A stretch of 58,402 nucleotides of DNA, filler included, from Jimgerdemannia flammicorona (lineage: Eukaryota): the NCBI GenBank assembly GCA_003990765.1. It is 3 parts of 3 records of this genome, joined end to end, with 100 filler letters (N's around TTAATTAATTAA, not from the genome) between each part and the next. Parts side by side here need not be neighbours in the genome. Positions count along the whole stretch, not along the records: positions 39,005 to 58,402 come from RBNJ01001950.1; 2 more parts are not named here. The stretch is one strand, 5' to 3'. The notes beneath the pieces were generated by a model. That model was not told the origin of the DNA, searched no databases, and was given only the letters and a program-made list of their open reading frames with translations. The stretch's first letter is position 1. Each line of letters starts with the position of its first letter. Both the position numbers and the translations under genes were made by a program. Positions 52,590 to 58,402 of this stretch are shown piece after piece.

Positions 52590-55500
52590 CTCCAGTCAAG
52601 AGCAATACCTTTCTCCACTACAATTCACATTACACACACTTTTACAACACACTTTTGTGTCATTTATTAGAGAAAGGTACTAAGATAATATCAATCAACA
52701 AGTGAACTGACATGCGTACTAGGTCAGGCAGACCTGGGGCCTTCGACTGGCAACATGTCAGGAGAGGGTATGGGCTTGGAATGGGGTCCTTCAGTGGCTC
52801 AAGTAGGCAGGGCAGCTTGGGCAGTGGAGGCAGTACTGGTGGGGGGGCTGGAGGGCAGCAGGAGAGGAGCTTTGTGGACATGCTGAGGACTGGAGGTTGG
52901 CTGATGGGAGCTCGCAGTGGACAGGCAGGAGGGAAGGGGAAGCAGAAGGTTGGGGATACTGGGGGTGCTGGGCCTTTGCTGATGGGAGGTGGGGGAAGTG
53001 GAGTAGCTACTGGGGGTAGTGGTGGGACTGCTGATGGTAACATGACTGGGAATCTAGCAAAAAATCCAGATGTGACAGTTGATGTGGGGGCTGGGCAGAT
53101 GGGCCCGAAAAGGAAGGGGGACCTGGCCAATGGTGTGACAGGACTGGCAGTGGCACCATTACTCAAGAAATCGATCTTGGAGTTTGTGGCCACCTTGTGC
53201 TTCTGGGGCTTGGCAGTGACGGTGAGAATGGTTCTGGGGTTTATTTCGAAGCAGGTGGCTAGAGCAGTCTCAGTGAAGTTTCTGAAGAGTCTGGAAGGGG
53301 TTGAGGTGGGCTTTGAGAAGGCGGGCCCACTGGACAAGACCCTGAAGACTGGAGTAGTGGTTGGGAAAGTGGTGGTCCCCATGGTGCAGTACTTGAGGTG
53401 GGACCCCAGAGTGGTACAGCTTCTGGTGAGGGGGGTGCCTATGGTGACAAAGGAGGAGACCAGGAGGAGGGTGGAGGAGGTGATGGTGGAGTATGGGGAT
53501 GTGGTGGACATTGGCTTCCAGTTGTGGAAGGGGACTATGTTCAGAATGAGTGATGTCGATGTCAGGATTCGGCTGGCAGAGAAGGAGGCCATGGGGAAGA
53601 TGAGCAACTGGCCCTTGGTGCTGATGTGGGGGGCTTTTATCTGTAAGATGTCAAGGGTGAAAGGGAGTGAAGAGGAGGAGAAGGACTTGTTAGAGGCTCT
53701 GGAGGAGCTGAGTAGCGCTGTGGAGAGGAGGGCGAAAGCCTGGAAGCTGTTTGAAGAGTTGATGCATCTGGAGGTGGTGGATGGGAAACATATCCATACT
53801 GACAGGAGGCAGTGGGAGCAGGCCCAGGGGTGCAAGAGGCAGAGGGAGCTGTTGGCAAGTATGAAAGGAGGGGCAAAGAGGAAGGTGGATGGAGCTGAGG
53901 AGGCTGGAGGCATCAAAGCCAGCATATGGGCTAGCAAAGGAGGAGAGGAGGTGGTGGTGACCGAAGAAGGGGCTGGGAAGGTGCTGGGCAAGAATCTCTA
54001 TGCTGATGGTACTTTCGAAATTTGGGAGGAGAATTTGGATGGCACCCCCCCCCCACTTGTCAGGAGGGGCCTAGTTGGGAAGAGAGGGGTGGTGGAGGAT
54101 GTACTGATGTAGGGGGGCCCAGCAAGTTCACTTTGGGGTCCCTGATGTGGCGAAAGGGGGCCAAGTAGTGGCAGTTGGTAAGGACAAGCTGGTGGATGTC
54201 CCAGAGGAGGAGTGGGATGAGACTGCCAGTGTAGGAGCTGATACTACAATGCTGGATACAGGGTGGCCTGGGACTCCTGGAGGGAAGGAGGTGGGGAACC
54301 TGCTGTGGATGAGCAAGGTGATGGATAACCTCGTGGCTGAGGCATTGGGAGAAGTGGACCTATGTGTAATGCCTGAGGAGCATTGGGCATGAATTCTGCG
54401 AGGAGATGGGGTGGTGGAGGCACTGAAGGTGGAGATTCTTGTGATCTTCCTGGAAGAGGAGGGATATGAGGTGGATGAGGTGAGGAAGGTGGAGCTGGTG
54501 GTTGTCACTGGTGAGTGGGCTGTCTACTGTTGGGCAGAGTGTCATGGTTTGCAGCTCTGGCAGGAGGCCTGTCTGGAGTATTATGAGGACTTTGAGGAGA
54601 AAGAGGATGGGGCAATGGTTGAACTTCTGGAGGGGTTGGAGGCACAGGAAGCTGAGAAGAGGGAACTAGCTGCAGAACATGTCTTGGACTTAGTGCAGGA
54701 GGACTTGAATGTGGATTTGTAGAGGATGAGTTTGATATATAACAGTATTTCTTATAAACAGTACAACTAACATTTTCTCTCTGAATGTGAATGGGCTACA
54801 GGGATCTGGGTAGTGTAAGAACATTTTTACTTGGCTCAAGAGATTGGAGGCTGATCTTTTTTTACTGCAGGATATACTGTATGAGGATGAGGATGATTGG
54901 GTGGAGTGGACTAAGGAATGGGGCAGGGCTACTGCTTGGTTTGGAAAGGTGGCAATTCTGGTGAAGAAGGGTAGAGGAGATTTGGGGGAAATCAGGAGCT
55001 GGGGTGATCGCTTGGTCTGGGGAGAATGGCATTGGCCAGAGTGGGAATCAGTGAGGGTGAGCTCTTGCTATTGTCTGGCAGTTAGGGGCAAGAGGATTGT
55101 ATGGATTAAGGAGCTGCTGGAGGAGGGTATTCTCTTGGAGGAAGGAGTCGATGTTCTTGGTGGTGATTTTAATATGGTTCAAGATCCACAACTGGATAGA
55201 ACTGATGGAGGGAGGAATGCAGGTGGGAGGAGTGGCAGTCTGGATGCATGGGAGGAGGTGGAAAATCTTAGCTCCTTAGGGGATATGGGCCAAAAATGGT
55301 GGAGTGACACCAGGGTCTACACCCATTGGGTGAATGGGTTAGGCACAAGGATTGACTGGATTTTGACAGCTGAATATTGGGGTACTGATGTCTGAAAGAC
55401 TTTGGAGATAGTGTAGTGCCCATGGTCTGATCACTGGGGACTGTTAGGGCAGGAGCAGTTTGGGGGGAATGGAGATGGACCTGGACATTGGTGCCTTAAC

Positions 55501-58402
55501 TCCTCCCTGCTGGCTGAGAAGGGGTTGTGGGACTCATAAGTAGAGGACATCCAGGTGAAGGTTCTTATTTGGAGACATGAGGGTCTGTCTGTGGGTGTCC
55601 GTTGGATGAGGTTGAAAGAGGCTGCAAAGGCCTATTGGGGAAGAGCCGGTAGAGAGGCTGGGAAACAGAGGAGGAAGCACATATGGTGTACTTTCAATAG
55701 ACTGATGAGATTGCAGATGGAATGGGCTGATTTGCTTGACTCTGATGAGGTGGAGGATTGGAGGTTTGAGTGGGCAAGATTGGAGGTAGTGGAACTACAG
55801 CAGGTGTTGAGAGAGGAGGAGGAGACTCATATGCGAGGAATGGCTGCCAGGCTACAGTGGCAGGGGCTTGAGGAGAGAGAGAGGCCTACTAGGTACTTGT
55901 CTAGGCTCCTCAAAGCTAGGAGGGTGCGACATTGGTAAGATGGGGTCTTTAATATCGAGGGAGATTTGGTGCATAGTACACAACAGATCTTGGGGGTGTT
56001 GAAGGAGTGATGGCGGGATCTGTGGAGTGAGGAAGAAGGGGGTGCTGATGTAGAGGCGATTGGAGATACACTGGAGGAGTAGGAACTGCCACAGATAGAG
56101 GGCCTGGGTGACTTGATCTTACCAGTCCAAGAGGAGGAGATCCAGAGGATCCTTGTGGCTACTAAGCTTGGGACAGTGCCTGGGGAGGATGGGTTACCTT
56201 GGGACTTCTGGAAGAAGATGGCAAAGGTCCCTGGAATGCTAGGAGAGATGGCTGCCCTCTGTGACCATGTTCTTCTGTATGGCAAGTGGGTTGGAGAGCA
56301 GGACTTGGGGTTGGTGGCCTTATTGTACAAAGATAAGGGCAGGTGAGAGGACTGGAAGAATTGGAGGCCAATCATGCTTTTGAATATGGACTGGAAGTTG
56401 GTGACAAAAGTAATTGTTGCAAAACTGCAGAAGGTTGCTCAACAGGTGCTGGGTGAGGAGTAGCAGGGTTTTGTGGGAGGTAGGCTTATCAGAGATGGAA
56501 CTGCCTGGGTGCATGGCATCATTGAAGGGGCTCGGGCCTGTGGGCTGGATGGTAGACTGGTCTTTTTGGACTAGGAGAAGGCCTATGACCATGTTTGGCG
56601 AGTATGGCTGGGTAAGGTACTGGACAGAATTGGTGTCCCACCACAGTTTTGGGCCTCTATGTTGAGTTTGTTGGAGGGCAGTAGGGCAGCACTGATTGCA
56701 ATAGTTACAGGGGTTTGGCATTTTCCTTGGAGAGAGGAGTGCCTCAAGGAGATCCACTGTTCCCTATTCTTTATGCCCTTTCACTAGAGCCTTTGATGGA
56801 TAGGATCTGTTGGAAGGTGGCCAGGCTCTCTGTATATAGTGTGGTGTGGAAGGTGGGGGCCTTTGCAGATAATATGGCAGTTGGTCTTGGATCAGTGGTG
56901 GATGTTGAGGCACTTACAGATGCAGTGGAATGGTATGAGGCACACTCTGGGATGAAACTCAACTGGCATAAGTGTGAGACATTGGTGTTGGAGAATGAGT
57001 TGGTGGGAGGGGATATCATTGGAACAATTGTCCTCACAGGAGAGGTGGTGCAGTATCTCGGTATCTTTCTTTCTATATATGGATCAGTCTTGCCACAGGT
57101 GTGGTGGGAGAGGAAGGTGGTCATTTGGGGGGAGACTCTGAGAGGTTGGGGGGGTTGTCACATCTCCCTGGCGGGTCGGGTGTCGATCCTAAATGTGTAC
57201 TGGTTCCCCAAGCTGTGGTATGTGGCATATCATCTGGACTTTCCCACCTGGGTGGTGAAGAGACTGATGAAGCTGGCTCAGGATTGGATTTGGGCAGGGA
57301 GAAGGTCGCAGATTAGTTGGGATACCCTTGTGGAGTCGGTGGTTAGGGGAGGCCTAGGTCTTGTGGATTTCTCTAGGAGGCTGCACTGTCTGTGAGCTTG
57401 GTGGTTGAGAAGGGCAGTTGAACTACGAGGAGGAGGTTGGGTTCCACTGATGCAGAAGATGTGGGAGATGAGATTCTCACCCCAGGGGTCCTCAGAAGAC
57501 TTGCTCTCTCTGGTGGGGCTGAGTGGAAGCCGACAGCTATGGTATAAGGGCTTCTGGTGGGGGGTGGTAGATGGAGTACACCAGATAGGCCTGTGCTGGC
57601 GAGGTAATGAGGGGGAGGAGGTGTGGGGCCCTGCGATGTGGCAATGGGACAGACTGTTGCTAGGGGGGGTTCCACTGGCTGAGTTTGATATTGGTGATAG
57701 AGTGGAGTGTCAGTGGGGACTTGGCCAGGATCTTTGGCTGAGCAGTTGACAGGCAGTGGGGATTGGTGAGGAGTGGGACTGGGCAGGAATCTGGGCCTGG
57801 AGTGCTGAGGTGTGGCAGTGGCTTCCTCCCAAGTTCTGGGTGGTATGGTGGTGAATGCTGTGAAGTAATGATATGTTGAATTTCCATGCTGGGCATCTGG
57901 TGGATGGTGGCTGATTGGATTGTGAGGAGTGTTATAATGTAGAGCAAGCTGGGGGTTTTGTGCAGACACCAGAACATTGGCTGGGAGAGTGTGAGGTATT
58001 GGGGGACTTTTGGGTAGCTATAGGGAACAGGCTGGGTGTAGTGAGGAGGCTGGATGGTGAGCGAGGTTGCTGGGAGGATTTGAAATCTAGACTAGTGAGA
58101 GGTGTTGGCAATGGGTGGCTTACTGTAGGGTGGGTGATTGCAGTGTGGGTAGGGTTGGCTGGACATTGGATATTTGTTTTTGAGAAAGGGTGACAGACAG
58201 GGATGCAGGAGAAGTTGGCAAGGTAGGAGGAGTTGATGGGTGATCTTCTTACTGGGTGGTGGGTTGGTTAGAGTCCACAGGATAGGTGATATTGCCATCT
58301 GGTGGAAGGGATCTGTAGCCAGAGTGGTGGGAGGGTGGAGATGGTGGTTGACAAAGTGGTCTTCTATCGAGAGGGAGTGGGAGGGGGAGGGGGCCCTAGG
58401 GG
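52590..58402 (+). mobile_element. Tx1/L1-clade non-LTR retrotransposon copy 2, near full length, decayed
   Basis: C/A-rich 5' UTR, ORF1 from 52712, ORF2 from ~54726 with APE motifs, PGEDGL, NWRPIMLLNMDWKL, GVPQGDPL, FADNM, GGLGL and a C-terminal CxxC...H...C zinc motif (~57920-57995). Confidence 0.93.
52712..54722 (+). pseudogene. LINE ORF1 (Gly-rich N-terminus, RRM-like core, acidic C-terminus)
   Basis: 466-codon open stretch plus downstream fragments; VQLLVRGVP...YGDVVDI...DVRIRL resembles LINE ORF1 RRM regions. Confidence 0.7.

Noticed and set aside
52660..53991. 443-aa antisense ORF
   Set aside because: Shadow of LINE ORF1; the C-rich strand has few stops and the translation is low-complexity Pro/Ser.

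Overview
Eukaryotic (fungal, intron-rich; lineage not determinable here) DNA made of three contigs joined by artificial 100-nt spacers (N44-TTAATTAATTAA-N44 at 19405-19504 and 38905-39004), so adjacency across the spacers is not real. Host genes sit in CpG-containing islands: tRNA-Thr(AGT), the last exon of a Cdc24/Scd1 Rho-GEF, a PCID2/Thp1/Csn12-type PCI gene, parvulin PIN4 and the 5' part of a large BEACH-family (Bph1/ALFY-like) gene. The rest is nested, C>T/G>A-decayed transposon DNA: several Ty3/gypsy LTR families (including a complete 6.1-kb chromodomain-bearing element with a 5-bp TSD), Tx1/L1-like LINEs and hAT-type termini plus a MITE. The most unusual signal is a gypsy lineage with a retrovirus-like layout: long Gag N-terminal extension, dUTPase between the NC zinc knuckle and protease, a conserved C-x-H-x12-C-x2-C module, and a 2-kb LTR whose U3 carries a decayed ~360-codon ORF with PPxY motifs. 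All calls are from reading by eye; TE boundaries without TG..CA/TSD anchors are approximate.
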